Source: Hyphococcus sp. (GTDB taxonomy: Bacteria > Pseudomonadota > Alphaproteobacteria > Caulobacterales > Parvularculaceae). Taken from it: 64,000 nt of DNA. The translations under genes and the position numbers were made by a program. Positions 28,100 to 39,162 of this stretch are shown here, piece by piece; position 1 is the first letter of the stretch; every line of letters begins with the position of its first letter. Under the pieces are notes generated by a model that saw only the letters and a program-made list of their open reading frames with translations, was not told the DNA's origin and did not search any database. The stretch spans positions 17,964-81,963 of the forward strand of contig CBDDKD010000005.1 of the NCBI GenBank assembly GCA_965230025.1, read 5' to 3'.

Positions 28100-28945
28100 A
28101 TGAACGCTGATCAGCAAAAACAGTTCACCAGAGATTTTGTCGTCACCGATGACGGCGCCGTTTCGTTTCGTTGCGATGACAACGTTAAGGAATGGCCATG
28201 GCTGGCGCTGCATCCGGCGAATAATATTGTCGTTCAGATGGTCAATTATTATTCGCTGACCGGCGTGTCGTCGGCGCGCGATCATCATGACCCGATGAAA
28301 TGGACGGCGCTGACATCGTTTCACTGGACCGCTTACGCGACGGGCCCGGACGCGGGTCACGCCACCCATGGCGTCGCCGACCCAAAACCCAGCGCTGACA
28401 ATATCGATTACGCAGCAACGTTCTTTGGCGGCGACGGCGGCCTTGTTTATCGCGTTGGCGGGACGGGCATCGTTTTTCAAAATCGTGACTTCAAGGCATG
28501 GCGTGAAAAAAACAAATCCCGAGTAATGGCTTTGCCGGCGCCGACGGATTTCAAATTCGCTGCGCCGGAAGCGGCGGGCGTTGCGACGGCGGCGGAATGT
28601 TTCATCGGTGACCTCAGCGATGATGAAGCGATCTCCATTGACGCGCTGGTCACTGATGAATCCGGCTTCGGGCCCGCGCATCCCTATCATGACGGCTCCG
28701 GCGACCATGTGAATTCCACGCATATCTGCGACGCGGCGCAGCAGGCCGCCCATCTGATCCGTGCGCGCAGTGGCAAGACCGGATATCCGAATGGAGGCAA
28801 GGTCGCCTTCAATCATTATGTCGAACTGAACCGGCCTTTCCGGATCGTGCTTGAGTCTGACCCCGCCATGCTGGATATGATGTCATTGCGCTTTGAGCAG
28901 GGCGGTCGGCCTTGCGTGGAAATGAAGCTTTCTTATGGCGACTGA
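28100..28945 (+). CDS. Hypothetical protein with possible AfsA/ScbA-like hotdog domain
   Basis: DHVNSTHICDAAQQAA and FNHYVELNRP resemble the AfsA motifs DHVPGM..EAARQ and F..YAE.D.P. Confidence 0.55.
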   Translation: MNADQQKQFTRDFVVTDDGAVSFRCDDNVKEWPWLALHPANNIVVQMVNYYSLTGVSSARDHHDPMKWTALTSFHWTAYATGPDAGHATHGVADPKPSADNIDYAATFFGGDGGLVYRVGGTGIVFQNRDFKAWREKNKSRVMALPAPTDFKFAAPEAAGVATAAECFIGDLSDDEAISIDALVTDESGFGPAHPYHDGSGDHVNSTHICDAAQQAAHLIRARSGKTGYPNGGKVAFNHYVELNRPFRIVLESDPAMLDMMSLRFEQGGRPCVEMKLSYGD

Positions 28946-29213
28946 CAACCAGGTTCCTTCCGTGACCTGCGGCACTCATGGCGAACAGCCGCAGACTTTT
29001 GTCTGCGTGCACATTATTGAGTCTGTGAAAGACGGCGAGCCGAAAGGCTTCTGGTGGTCGCGTTCGGAAGACGGAATCTGGGATGCGGTCTGCGACGAAT
29101 GCAACAATCTAAGCCAGGAGGCGTTCGACGCCCTTGGACCCGACAATATCGGGATCATTTGCCTCGGCTGCTTCGAGGACGCGGCGGCCCTGAACGAGAT
29201 TGAGCTGGAATAG
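28935..29213 (+). CDS. Small Cys/His-rich putative zinc-binding protein
   Basis: CGTH, CVH, CDEC and CLGC; overlaps the upstream stop. Confidence 0.75.
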   Translation: MATDNQVPSVTCGTHGEQPQTFVCVHIIESVKDGEPKGFWWSRSEDGIWDAVCDECNNLSQEAFDALGPDNIGIICLGCFEDAAALNEIELE

Positions 29214-29335
29214 GCTCCAACCGCCAATTGCGACACCAAACCCCTTCCGTTTTGCAGCCAATCGGCTATGTCTCACGGCCATAGAGTCAGGCTATGCGGG
29301 GCGCTCTGACGCCGCCGCAGCGACGAGGAGAAATC

Positions 29336-30022
29336 ATGGCCAGCCGACGCCCCGCGAAAGACCAGCCCGCGTCCTTTGAATGGACGCCCGAAAACAAGGC
29401 CTGGTGCGAAGCCCAGATGAAGAAATATCCGGATGGGCGTCAGGCTTCCTGCGTTATTCCGTTTCTTTGGCGCGGCCAGAAACAGGAAGGCTGGTGCTCG
29501 ATCCCGATGATGGAGGCGATCGCGCGTCAGCTCGATATGCCTTATATCCGCGTCTACGAGGTCGCGACGTTCTATACGATGTTCAATCTCGCGCCCGTGG
29601 GCGAGTTTTTTGTTCAGCTTTGCGGCACCACGCCCTGCATGCTGCGCGGCGCACATGAGCTGCGCGAGACCTGCAAAAAAGTGATCGGCGCAGAAAACCA
29701 TGTGTCCGACGACGGCAAATTTTCCTGGCTGGAAGTTGAATGTCTGGGCGCGTGCGCCAACGCGCCGATGATCCAGATTTCCACCAAAGACGGCGACCAC
29801 TACTACGAAGATCTGACGCCGGAAATTCTTGAAGACCTGCTGGCGAAACTGCGCCGCGGCGAAGAAGTGAAAATCGGCACGCAGCATCCGGACCGTCACA
29901 CATCGGACCCGGCGGGTGAAAACACGACACTGACCGACCCGTCTCTATATGATGGTTCTGCAGCGCAGCCCTTGCGTGAAATCCCAAACGCCAATCCGGA
30001 AGCGGCGCCGCAAGGCGGATGA
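29336..30022 (+). CDS. nuoE: NADH-quinone oxidoreductase subunit E
   Basis: CGTTPCMLRG and ECLGACANAP; GAGGAG RBS. Confidence 0.96.
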   Translation: MASRRPAKDQPASFEWTPENKAWCEAQMKKYPDGRQASCVIPFLWRGQKQEGWCSIPMMEAIARQLDMPYIRVYEVATFYTMFNLAPVGEFFVQLCGTTPCMLRGAHELRETCKKVIGAENHVSDDGKFSWLEVECLGACANAPMIQISTKDGDHYYEDLTPEILEDLLAKLRRGEEVKIGTQHPDRHTSDPAGENTTLTDPSLYDGSAAQPLREIPNANPEAAPQGG

Positions 30023-30092
30023 AGAGCGCTCGATGTCATAAAGCGCTGGCTCAAGCGGGATTAGCACCATGCGCGAAAGTTGATTTCTCTAC

Positions 30093-30344
30093 ATGAATCA
30101 AGTTGATGAACAGAAACGAAAGGACGCGATCCGGGGGCTGATCAATATCGCGCTGTTTGAGGGCGTGTTCCTGGCGGCTGTCGTTGGCGTTTATTTCTAC
30201 ACCAACAATATTGTGCATCTCGTTGGCGGCGTGATCGGCTCGACGGTGATTTTCGGCCCGATGTTCCTGCGCTGGTTCCGCGAATATGGGGAGGCGATGA
30301 AGGCGAAGCCGAATTCATTGGAGCGGGGCAACGAAGATGGGTAA
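30093..30344 (+). CDS. Small membrane hypothetical protein
   Basis: Two hydrophobic segments; 83 aa. Confidence 0.65.
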   Translation: MNQVDEQKRKDAIRGLINIALFEGVFLAAVVGVYFYTNNIVHLVGGVIGSTVIFGPMFLRWFREYGEAMKAKPNSLERGNEDG

Positions 30345-30924
30345 ACGAAACCGCTGCAGGCGGACTTCTCAGTTTTTCAAGTTCATTTTGTGCGGCTGTT
30401 TGTTAGCGACGCCGGCGGCGTTCGCCGACGATACAAAAATAAGTGAAAATTGTGCAACGTCGGAACACCGCGCTTTTGATTTCTGGATAGGCGAATGGAA
30501 TGCGTTTCTGACAGATACTGAAGAGTTCATTGGTTACGCGCGTATCGATTTGGAAGATCGGGGTTGTGTTTTGGTTGAATATTGGGAGCTGGCGAATGGA
30601 TCGCGAACAGGCCGCAGCCTCAATATATATGACAACGTCACTGGACAGTGGGAACAGTTCTGGGCTGACTCCGCCGGTGATCGTACGCACTATGTCGGCG
30701 ATGTGTTTGGCGATGGTGTTCGGATGACCGCGAAAGGGGATGTCACGCCTGGCCGGCCGGAGCCGTTCAACAACAGAATAACGTTCACCCCGAATGCTGA
30801 CGGATCAGTGCGCCAGGTGGGCGATATTTCTACCGATGGTGGAGAATGGACGCAGCAGTATGATATTACGTTTAAGCGTGCTGAAAACGGACGTGATATG
30901 ATCGACAGGGCTCTGTCAGAGTAA
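30337..30924 (+). CDS. Secreted hypothetical protein (DUF1579-like)
   Basis: Signal peptide; [11 protein letters not shown] and [10 protein letters not shown] motifs. Confidence 0.75.
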   Translation: MGKRNRCRRTSQFFKFILCGCLLATPAAFADDTKISENCATSEHRAFDFWIGEWNAFLTDTEEFIGYARIDLEDRGCVLVEYWELANGSRTGRSLNIYDNVTGQWEQFWADSAGDRTHYVGDVFGDGVRMTAKGDVTPGRPEPFNNRITFTPNADGSVRQVGDISTDGGEWTQQYDITFKRAENGRDMIDRALSE

Positions 30925-30947
30925 GTCAATATCGTTCTGAGGATTTT

Positions 30948-32255
<1,308 letters not shown>

Positions 32256-32260
32256 TCGGT

Positions 32261-32875
32261 ATGCCGGCATATAGAGACATAATATGCAGGTGTTTTAAGG
32301 CGTTTTCGTCGTCTGTCTTGCTGGCGTCTCTTGTCCCGTCTGCGGCCAATGCCGCCAGTGATGAAGCGGTCCGGTCCACGGACGATCTCGGGTTTTTATT
32401 GGGCAAGTGGTCCGTTAAGCGCGTCTACCAGCCCGGAACCGAAAATGAGCGGTCTTTAGACGGCGAGCTAAGCTGCGAAAAAGCGCTTTCCGATCAGTTT
32501 ATAGAATGCTTGTTTTTGTTTGAGCGACCCGAAAGGCCGCCGATCCGTGACAATGTCTTTTTCAATTTCAATCCGATTTACGGCGTTTACGAGTCGCTTT
32601 GGCTGAGCGCGACATGGCCAATCAAAGTGCTGATGAGTGCAGAGCCAATCGATCCATCCGAGAATTTCATCTGGCGCGCCGACTTTCTGATTGAGGAGGG
32701 CGTGCGGGAATGGGTGCGTTCTGAATGGTTTCGGTGTGAAGATGGCGGTTTTTTACGCCGAACGGAAATACGCACATCGCGTGATCCTGAAGATCAGTGG
32801 CTGCACTGGATGAATGAACGCTCGACGCCCGCAGGGATAAATACTCGGTCTCAAACCCTTCAGGAATGTAGCTAA
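32261..32875 (+). CDS. Secreted hypothetical protein (DUF1579-like)
   Basis: Signal-like N-terminus and LGFLLGKW motif; starts 5 nt after nuoF. Confidence 0.65.
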   Translation: MPAYRDIICRCFKAFSSSVLLASLVPSAANAASDEAVRSTDDLGFLLGKWSVKRVYQPGTENERSLDGELSCEKALSDQFIECLFLFERPERPPIRDNVFFNFNPIYGVYESLWLSATWPIKVLMSAEPIDPSENFIWRADFLIEEGVREWVRSEWFRCEDGGFLRRTEIRTSRDPEDQWLHWMNERSTPAGINTRSQTLQECS

Positions 32876-32982
32876 CCGTTGTTTTTCCTGACCGATATGG
32901 TGGCTGCGCTTTCGTCAAAGGTATAAGCCTACGAACTCTCATTGAGCGCTGTTTTGATGTCAGGCGTCGCTGCAGAGTGAAG

Positions 32983-33005
32983 TTATGCCTATTTTATAGG
33001 CATAA
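32983..33005. promoter_or_regulatory. Perfect inverted repeat upstream of the HU gene
   Basis: TTATGCCTAT-TTT-ATAGGCATAA. Confidence 0.45.
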
Positions 33006-33121
33006 TTCATGTTTTAAGCTTTGACCTTTATGCGAATCTATCGCTAAGTGCTTGCGCTGCGGCGAATCATTCGATTGCGCCAGACAAGCCTTAAGTTTGA
33101 TTATTGATAAAGGACCTTCAA

Positions 33122-33577
33122 ATGGCCGTTAAACGGAAGACTACAAAGAAAAAGGCCGCGGCGAAAAAAGCCCCGGCCAAGCGCAAAACAACGAAGAAAG
33201 CGCCTGCGCGCAAAACTGCTGCAAAGAAAACCACAGCGCGTAAAGCGCCTGCGCGTAAGACAGCGGCGAAGAAAAAAACAGCCAAGAAAGCGTTGCCTGA
33301 TACGTTGACGCTGAAGCATCTGGCTGCCGAGCTTTCTGAAGCGCATGAAATGCCGAAGAAAGCGACAGAAGAATTTCTCTCAGACTTCATCGACCGCATG
33401 GGCGGTTACCTGAAGAAGGGCAAAAAGCTGCGCATTCCGGGCCTTGGCATTATGCAGGTCCGTCATCGCGCCGCCCGCTGGGGCCGCAATCCTGCGACCG
33501 GCGAACGCATCCGCATCAAGGCGTCAAAGAAAGTCGCTTTCCGCGTGGCGAAAGATCTCAAAGAGCGCGTTCTTTAA
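33122..33577 (+). CDS. HU-family DNA-binding protein with Lys/Ala-rich N-terminal extension
   Basis: IPGLG...RAARWGRNPATGERIRIKASKKVAFR; N-terminal KKAPARK repeats. Confidence 0.92.
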   Translation: MAVKRKTTKKKAAAKKAPAKRKTTKKAPARKTAAKKTTARKAPARKTAAKKKTAKKALPDTLTLKHLAAELSEAHEMPKKATEEFLSDFIDRMGGYLKKGKKLRIPGLGIMQVRHRAARWGRNPATGERIRIKASKKVAFRVAKDLKERVL

Positions 33578-33609
33578 GACGTCAGCTTCCTGGACAAATG
33601 AAGAGAAAG

Positions 33610-33636
33610 GCCGCTCCGTTCGGGGCGGCTTTTTTT
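33610..33636 (+). terminator. Rho-independent terminator
   Basis: GCCGCTCC-GTTC-GGGGCGGC followed by T7. Confidence 0.85.
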
Positions 33637-33815
33637 GTCGGCGACATAATGAGTTTCCCGGCGGTGCGATGATTTGTGGCGCTGCCCCGCAGGGTTGTAT
33701 GGCTGGAAGCAGCGCTCCAAAAACCGTAAATTCTTTCATAAAACCCAGGTTTGGTGCGTAGTTATCCCCGCCCTCTAATACCGGTGTATGATGGAAGCCG
33801 AAGGTAAAGCCGATC

Positions 33816-34412
33816 ATGAAAGCGCAGGCGATGAGTAAACAGCCGAACGAAATTTCTGTTGAATGGTGTGATGCGGTTGAGGAGGCGCAAACGCTGTCGA
33901 CGCTGGGGCGTGAGACTTTCTCGCAGACTTTCGGGCATCTGTATAAGTCCGAGGACCTGAACATATTCCTGCGCGACAGCCATGCGCCTGAAAAATATCG
34001 CATGGTGTTGAGCGATCCTGCATATGGCGTCTGGGTGGCGCGGGAGGCAAACGGCGCCGCAATCGGATACGCTGTCGCGGGCCCTTGTGATCTTCCGGCG
34101 CCCGACATGCCGGACGGCTCCGGCGAGCTGATGCGGTTTTATATTCTGGAGGAGTTTCAGGGCGCGGGTCTTGGACAGCGCATGCTGAACATTGTACTTG
34201 GCTGGCTCGAAGAGAATTTCGACCACAGCTATCTTAGCGTCTATGCGGAGAACTTTGGCGCCCAGCGTCTTTATGAACGCTATGGCTTTGAGAAGGTTTG
34301 CAAATATTCCTACATGGTCGGCAATCACGCAGACCCGGAATACATTATGAAGCGGGTGGCGTCAGCTACGCGGGAAGACGTGGAGCGCGACCCATTGCGC
34401 GCGCGCAAATGA
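33816..34412 (+). CDS. GNAT N-acetyltransferase (PaiA-like)
   Basis: ETFSQTFG, FQGAGLGQRML, LSVYAENFGAQRLYERYGF. Confidence 0.9.
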   Translation: MKAQAMSKQPNEISVEWCDAVEEAQTLSTLGRETFSQTFGHLYKSEDLNIFLRDSHAPEKYRMVLSDPAYGVWVAREANGAAIGYAVAGPCDLPAPDMPDGSGELMRFYILEEFQGAGLGQRMLNIVLGWLEENFDHSYLSVYAENFGAQRLYERYGFEKVCKYSYMVGNHADPEYIMKRVASATREDVERDPLRARK

Positions 34413-35009
34413 TTTTTCTTCGCCATTCCCGTGCTGACGAACGATAAAGTGCCGGTCTTCAATAGCGCCAAGCTCGCACAGGAAAACCGTATCATTGTCC
34501 TGCGCCGTGCGTATCAACAGCGCGTCGTCGCCTGGCGCCACAGGGCGCGCTGGGTTGACCCAGGCGACTTCCCCGATCTTGAAGCGCGGCGCCATGACGT
34601 TGTCGGGGGCGTAAAACCCGAAGGCGTCGCGCACGCCGGAAAGTTGGGGGCTGCGCGGTTTGCGTTCGATGATGCTTTGACGGTCAAGCCGCCAGAAGCC
34701 ATCGCCATGTGCAAGGGCGCGAAACAAGGGCGCGAAGGCCGGGTCCGCCGGTGCGCCGTGATGTTCAAAGACGGTGTCTTCTTCGCGAAAGCTGGCCTCA
34801 CCGGCGCCGGCATCGTCAAAGCGGCGGGGCAGGGCGACGCCGAGATAGTCGGCGGCGCGGCGCGCCTCGGCGTATTTCAGACGGCGCTCGCCATGAAGCA
34901 GGCGTGTAATTGCGGATGGATCAACGCCCAGCGCATCCGCAAGGCCGGACTTGGTTTTTGTTCGGTCATGCGCAAGCGCGTCAATAATCCACGTCACTTC
35001 GGTATCCAT
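34362..35009 (-). CDS. XRE HTH plus S24-like domain regulator (CI/LexA-like)
   Basis: KSGLADALGVDPSAITRLLHGER HTH; DNVMAPRFKIGE aligns with the S24 GDSMxP motif. Confidence 0.8.
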   Translation of the reverse strand: MDTEVTWIIDALAHDRTKTKSGLADALGVDPSAITRLLHGERRLKYAEARRAADYLGVALPRRFDDAGAGEASFREEDTVFEHHGAPADPAFAPLFRALAHGDGFWRLDRQSIIERKPRSPQLSGVRDAFGFYAPDNVMAPRFKIGEVAWVNPARPVAPGDDALLIRTAQDNDTVFLCELGAIEDRHFIVRQHGNGEEKSFARAQWVALHVFPRS

Positions 35010-35133
35010 GGCCGCAAGATGAGAGCGACCGTTCTTAAAATCGATTGATAAAAAAGCAAAATTTGGAGCAAATAATTGCGAAAATCACAAATCATTGTAA
35101 TTTCAGCAACTGGAAGTTGCAGCGAGGGGCGCA

Positions 35134-35397
35134 ATGTCGGAATCCGGCAGGGAAGTCGAAAATCAGCTCGAAAGGATTTTGCTGGCGCAGGAAAAGATCA
35201 TGTCGGCGGTGGTGCGCCACGAGCGCAGGCTGGAGCGATTGCACCAGGAGTTCGCCAAGGCCGTGACGGTTATATATCGGCTGAAGCTTGCCGCGGACCA
35301 CGCCAAGACGGGCGCGCAGCGCCAGGAGGCTTCGCTTGAGGAGATTAACCGGCGCCTCGTCGGGATTGAGCAGGCGATCGCTGCTATAACTGAGTAA
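35134..35397 (+). CDS. Small coiled-coil hypothetical protein divergent from the regulator
   Basis: GAGGGG RBS; heptad-like sequence; 87 aa. Confidence 0.65.
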   Translation: MSESGREVENQLERILLAQEKIMSAVVRHERRLERLHQEFAKAVTVIYRLKLAADHAKTGAQRQEASLEEINRRLVGIEQAIAAITE

Positions 35398-35548
35398 AAA
35401 TGTAAAAGAGCGTTGGCGATAACGCCGAGCATATGAAAAACCTCTCAACTATCTTTTCGGGGCGTCAAACCGCGCTCTGGCATCGCCTGAAAAAGACGGC
35501 TAAACCACGGCGCGATATTCAACATCTGATTTGCGAAAAGGCCCCGGC

Positions 35549-37654
35549 ATGAGCGACACGCGCGTCATTAAAGTCAACGGCAACGAGATTGAGGTTCCCT
35601 CGAACCTGACGCTTTTGCAGGCATGCGAAATGGCGGGCGAGGAGATCCCGCGATTTTGTTATCACGAGCGCCTGTCGGTCGCCGGCAATTGCCGCATGTG
35701 CCTGATCGAAGTGAAGGGCGGTCCGCCAAAGCCTGTCGCCTCCTGCGCCCAGAATGTGCGTGATTTGCGTCCCGGTCCTGATGGTCAGCCGCCGGAGATG
35801 TTCACAAATACGCCGATGGTGAAAAAGGCGCGCGAAGGGGTGATGGAGTTTTTGCTCATCAATCATCCGCTCGATTGCCCGATCTGTGACCAAGGCGGTG
35901 AGTGCGACTTGCAGGACCAGGCCATGGCCTATGGCCGCGACGGTTCGCGCTATGAAGAAAACAAGCGCGCCGTTGAAGAAAAACATATGGGCCCGTTGAT
36001 CAAAACCATCATGACACGGTGCATTCAGTGTACGCGTTGCGTTCGTTTTGCGACGGAAATTGGCGGTGTTGATGATCTTGGCCTTGTTAATCGCGGCGAG
36101 AATGCGGAGATCACCACCTATCTCGAAAAGGCTGTCGAAAGCGAACTCACCGGCAACCTGATCGATGTCTGCCCGGTCGGCGCGCTGACGTCGAAGCCTT
36201 ATGCTTTTAATGCGCGGCCTTGGGAATTGCGCAAAACCGAAACCATCGATGCGATGGACGCTGTTGGGTCGAACATCCGCGTCGATGCGCGCGGGCGTGA
36301 AGTGCTGCGCATTCTGCCGGTGCTGCATGAAGACATCAACGAGGAATGGATTGCCGATAAAACCCGCTTCATCTGGGACGGGTTGAAGCGCCAGCGCCTC
36401 GACAAGCCGTATGTTCGTAAAGACGGCAAGCTGAAACCGGCGAGTTGGGATGAAGCGTTAAGCGCAGCAGCTGAAAAGCTTAAAAGCACGCCGAAGGAAA
36501 AAGTCGCGGCGCTTGTCGGCGACCTGGCGCCCACCGAAGCTGTAAAGGCGCTGAAAGACCTGATGTCTGCAATTGGCGCGCCGCATATGGATTGCCGCCA
36601 GGACGGCGCCGTATTGGGCGGGGGCGATCGCCGCTCTTACCTCTTCAACACGGGCATTGCCGGGCTGGAGCAGGCCGACGCCATTCTCCTTGTCGGAACC
36701 AATCCGCGCATCGAAGCGCCGATGATCAATGCGCGCCTGCGCAAGGTTTGGCTGAACGATCTCGAAGTAAAAATCGGCTTGATTGGCGAACAAAAAGACC
36801 TGTCATTTGATTATGAATATCTTGGCGCCGGGCCGGAGACGTTTGAGCGCCTGGCGGGCGGCGAAGGCGCATTCTTCGACATACTGAAAAACGCCAAGAA
36901 CCCGGCGATCATTATCGGCATGGGCGCACTGGCGCGCGAAGACGGCGCTGCAATGTTGGCGATGGCGGGTAAGCTTGCTGGCGCGGTCGATGCTGTGCGC
37001 GGCGACTGGAACGGCTTTAATATATTGCACACGGCGGCGGCGCGTGTCGGCGCGCTTGATCTCGGCTTCCTGCCGGACGAGGGCGGCAAGGACTTCGCCG
37101 GCATTCTGGACGCCTGCGCCAATCGCGAGATTGATGTTGTTTATAATCTCGGCGCTGACGAATTCGATCCCCGGAAACTCGATGGCGCCTTCGTGATTTA
37201 TCAGGGCCATCATGGCGATGCGGGCGCGCGCCATGCGGATGTGGTGCTGCCGGGCGCAGCTTACACCGAACAGAACGCGATCTATGTGAACACCGAAGGT
37301 CGGGCGCAGATGGCGCATCGCGCCGCGTTCCCGCCGGGTGAGGCGCGCGAAGACTGGGCCATCCTGCGCGCCTTGTCGGACCGCATCGGCAAGACGCTGC
37401 CCTATGATGATCTTTTTGCGCTGCGTCAGGCGATGATTGAGGCGGCGCCGTCTCTCGGGCGCATCGATCAGATTGGCGGTGCTGAAGAGCGTTTTGATGT
37501 CGCCGCGATCGGCGCTGCGGGCAATGTTGGCGCCGCCCCATTTGTTTCTCCGGTTACGGATTACTATCTGACCAATCCGGTTGCGCGCGCTTCAAAAACC
37601 ATGGCGGAGTGTTCCGCCGTGATGAGCGGCGCCAACAAGGTTGCTGCAGAATAG
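35549..37654 (+). CDS. nuoG: NADH-quinone oxidoreductase subunit G
   Basis: PRFCYHERLSVAGNCRMC and HPLDCPICDQGGECDLQ. Confidence 0.98.
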   Translation: MSDTRVIKVNGNEIEVPSNLTLLQACEMAGEEIPRFCYHERLSVAGNCRMCLIEVKGGPPKPVASCAQNVRDLRPGPDGQPPEMFTNTPMVKKAREGVMEFLLINHPLDCPICDQGGECDLQDQAMAYGRDGSRYEENKRAVEEKHMGPLIKTIMTRCIQCTRCVRFATEIGGVDDLGLVNRGENAEITTYLEKAVESELTGNLIDVCPVGALTSKPYAFNARPWELRKTETIDAMDAVGSNIRVDARGREVLRILPVLHEDINEEWIADKTRFIWDGLKRQRLDKPYVRKDGKLKPASWDEALSAAAEKLKSTPKEKVAALVGDLAPTEAVKALKDLMSAIGAPHMDCRQDGAVLGGGDRRSYLFNTGIAGLEQADAILLVGTNPRIEAPMINARLRKVWLNDLEVKIGLIGEQKDLSFDYEYLGAGPETFERLAGGEGAFFDILKNAKNPAIIIGMGALAREDGAAMLAMAGKLAGAVDAVRGDWNGFNILHTAAARVGALDLGFLPDEGGKDFAGILDACANREIDVVYNLGADEFDPRKLDGAFVIYQGHHGDAGARHADVVLPGAAYTEQNAIYVNTEGRAQMAHRAAFPPGEAREDWAILRALSDRIGKTLPYDDLFALRQAMIEAAPSLGRIDQIGGAEERFDVAAIGAAGNVGAAPFVSPVTDYYLTNPVARASKTMAECSAVMSGANKVAAE

Positions 37655-37656
37655 CA

Positions 37657-38178
37657 ATGCGCAATAGCCCGGCGAGCCAGGAACAGTCTGACATCGCCGC
37701 GGAGGTCCGCATCAACGTCGCCTTTGAGCAGATGGTGCTGTCCGTTCTGACTGGCGCATTTGTTGGCGGTGGCGCGACATTGCTGTTCGGTCTGATCACC
37801 TCGCTGGTGACCGGCGCGTTTTCAATATCCGTTTTGCTATCGGTGTTGCTGAACACGCTGCTGGTCAGCTTCCTGATCTTTCTGGTCGGCTTCTTTGCAA
37901 GCCTCGTTATTGGCGCGCCTTTGTTCTCCGCGCTCGAAAGAGCGAAGCGTCGAACCTTATGGCCGTATCTGGGCGCAGCGCTTGGCGTCGCACTGATCGT
38001 GCTTTCCTTCATGCAGGGCGGCTTGCCGCTTGCGGAAGATTTCAGCGTTGGTCTTGTCTTAGCTGTCATTTTGCCGGCGATTGTCATCGCGGTGACATTT
38101 GCGCGCTTCATGCAGCCCCACTGGCGCGCCGCAGATCGCGCCGAAGCGGCGGAAGGCAACATTTTACGGCTTCATTAA
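37657..38178 (+). CDS. Multi-pass membrane hypothetical protein
   Basis: About four hydrophobic segments; starts 2 nt after nuoG. Confidence 0.75.
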   Translation: MRNSPASQEQSDIAAEVRINVAFEQMVLSVLTGAFVGGGATLLFGLITSLVTGAFSISVLLSVLLNTLLVSFLIFLVGFFASLVIGAPLFSALERAKRRTLWPYLGAALGVALIVLSFMQGGLPLAEDFSVGLVLAVILPAIVIAVTFARFMQPHWRAADRAEAAEGNILRLH

Positions 38179-38293
38179 TGATCGGCTGACTGGCCGTTCC
38201 TTGAAAACGGCGGATCGGGTTGGCTTTGCGACGAACCGTCTTTGCTCGCCGCACTTAGATTGCTACACTCGTCGCATAAGATGGAGGCGATTG

Positions 38294-38956
38294 ATGAGAA
38301 AATTTGCGGGACTAACAGCGGGCTTGCTGGCGCTTGGATTAGCCGGTGCGGCGAGTGCAGATGACGATGAAATAATTACAGATCAGCTTGATTTAACCGG
38401 CTTTGAGCGGATCGATATTTCCGGCGTTTATGATCTCGACGTGCGGGTCGGTCCGGAATTTTCCGTTGAGCTTTCCGGACCCGAATATGAAATGAATCGC
38501 GTCGAAGCGTCGGTCAGAAACGGCGCGTTGAAACTTGATATGCGCGATCGGAAACGCGGTGAGAAAAGACGCTGGCGCAACAAGCGCGAAGGCGTTGATG
38601 CTGTGATCACCCTGCCAATGTTGACCGGCCTTGAGGTTTCCGGCGTGGTGGATGGAACGATCAAGGACGTCGATGCGGGTGAGTTTGAGATCGATATTTC
38701 CGGCGTTGGCGACGTTGAGATCGACGGCGAATGCGGCGTTCTCGATGCAAACCTTTCGGGTGTCGGTGACCTGAAAGCCGACGGGCTGGAATGCAACAAG
38801 GTGATTGTGAAAGTGTCGGGTGTTGGCGATGCGGATGTCTATGCGCGTGACGAAGTTGATGCGCGCGTGTCCGGCATGGGCGACATCGACGTTTATGGCT
38901 CGCCGGAAAATGTCCGCAAGAATGGCGGCATGTTCTCAGACATCACTGTCCACTGA
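38294..38956 (+). CDS. DUF2807 (GIN head domain) secreted protein
   Basis: Signal peptide; repeated SGVGD motifs. Confidence 0.88.
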   Translation: MRKFAGLTAGLLALGLAGAASADDDEIITDQLDLTGFERIDISGVYDLDVRVGPEFSVELSGPEYEMNRVEASVRNGALKLDMRDRKRGEKRRWRNKREGVDAVITLPMLTGLEVSGVVDGTIKDVDAGEFEIDISGVGDVEIDGECGVLDANLSGVGDLKADGLECNKVIVKVSGVGDADVYARDEVDARVSGMGDIDVYGSPENVRKNGGMFSDITVH

Positions 38957-38975
38957 CAATAATTGAAAGCTGTTG

Positions 38976-39002
38976 AAGGGCGCGCTTTATGGCGCGCCCT
39001 TT
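38976..39002 (+). terminator. Hairpin terminator
   Basis: AAGGGCGCGC-TTTATG-GCGCGCCCTTT. Confidence 0.7.
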
Positions 39003-39162
39003 GCTATTTTGAAGGAGAAAACGGTCTGTCGCGGCTTTACTTCGCATCAACGGTAAAGCGCTGACTGGTTATCGTTATCTTGTTCCTGAAGTGCGTTGAA
39101 TGACATTTGGCTTTCTTCACGACAGTGATAGTTTCTTGGCGGGGTAAGAAGGGAGGCTATTC

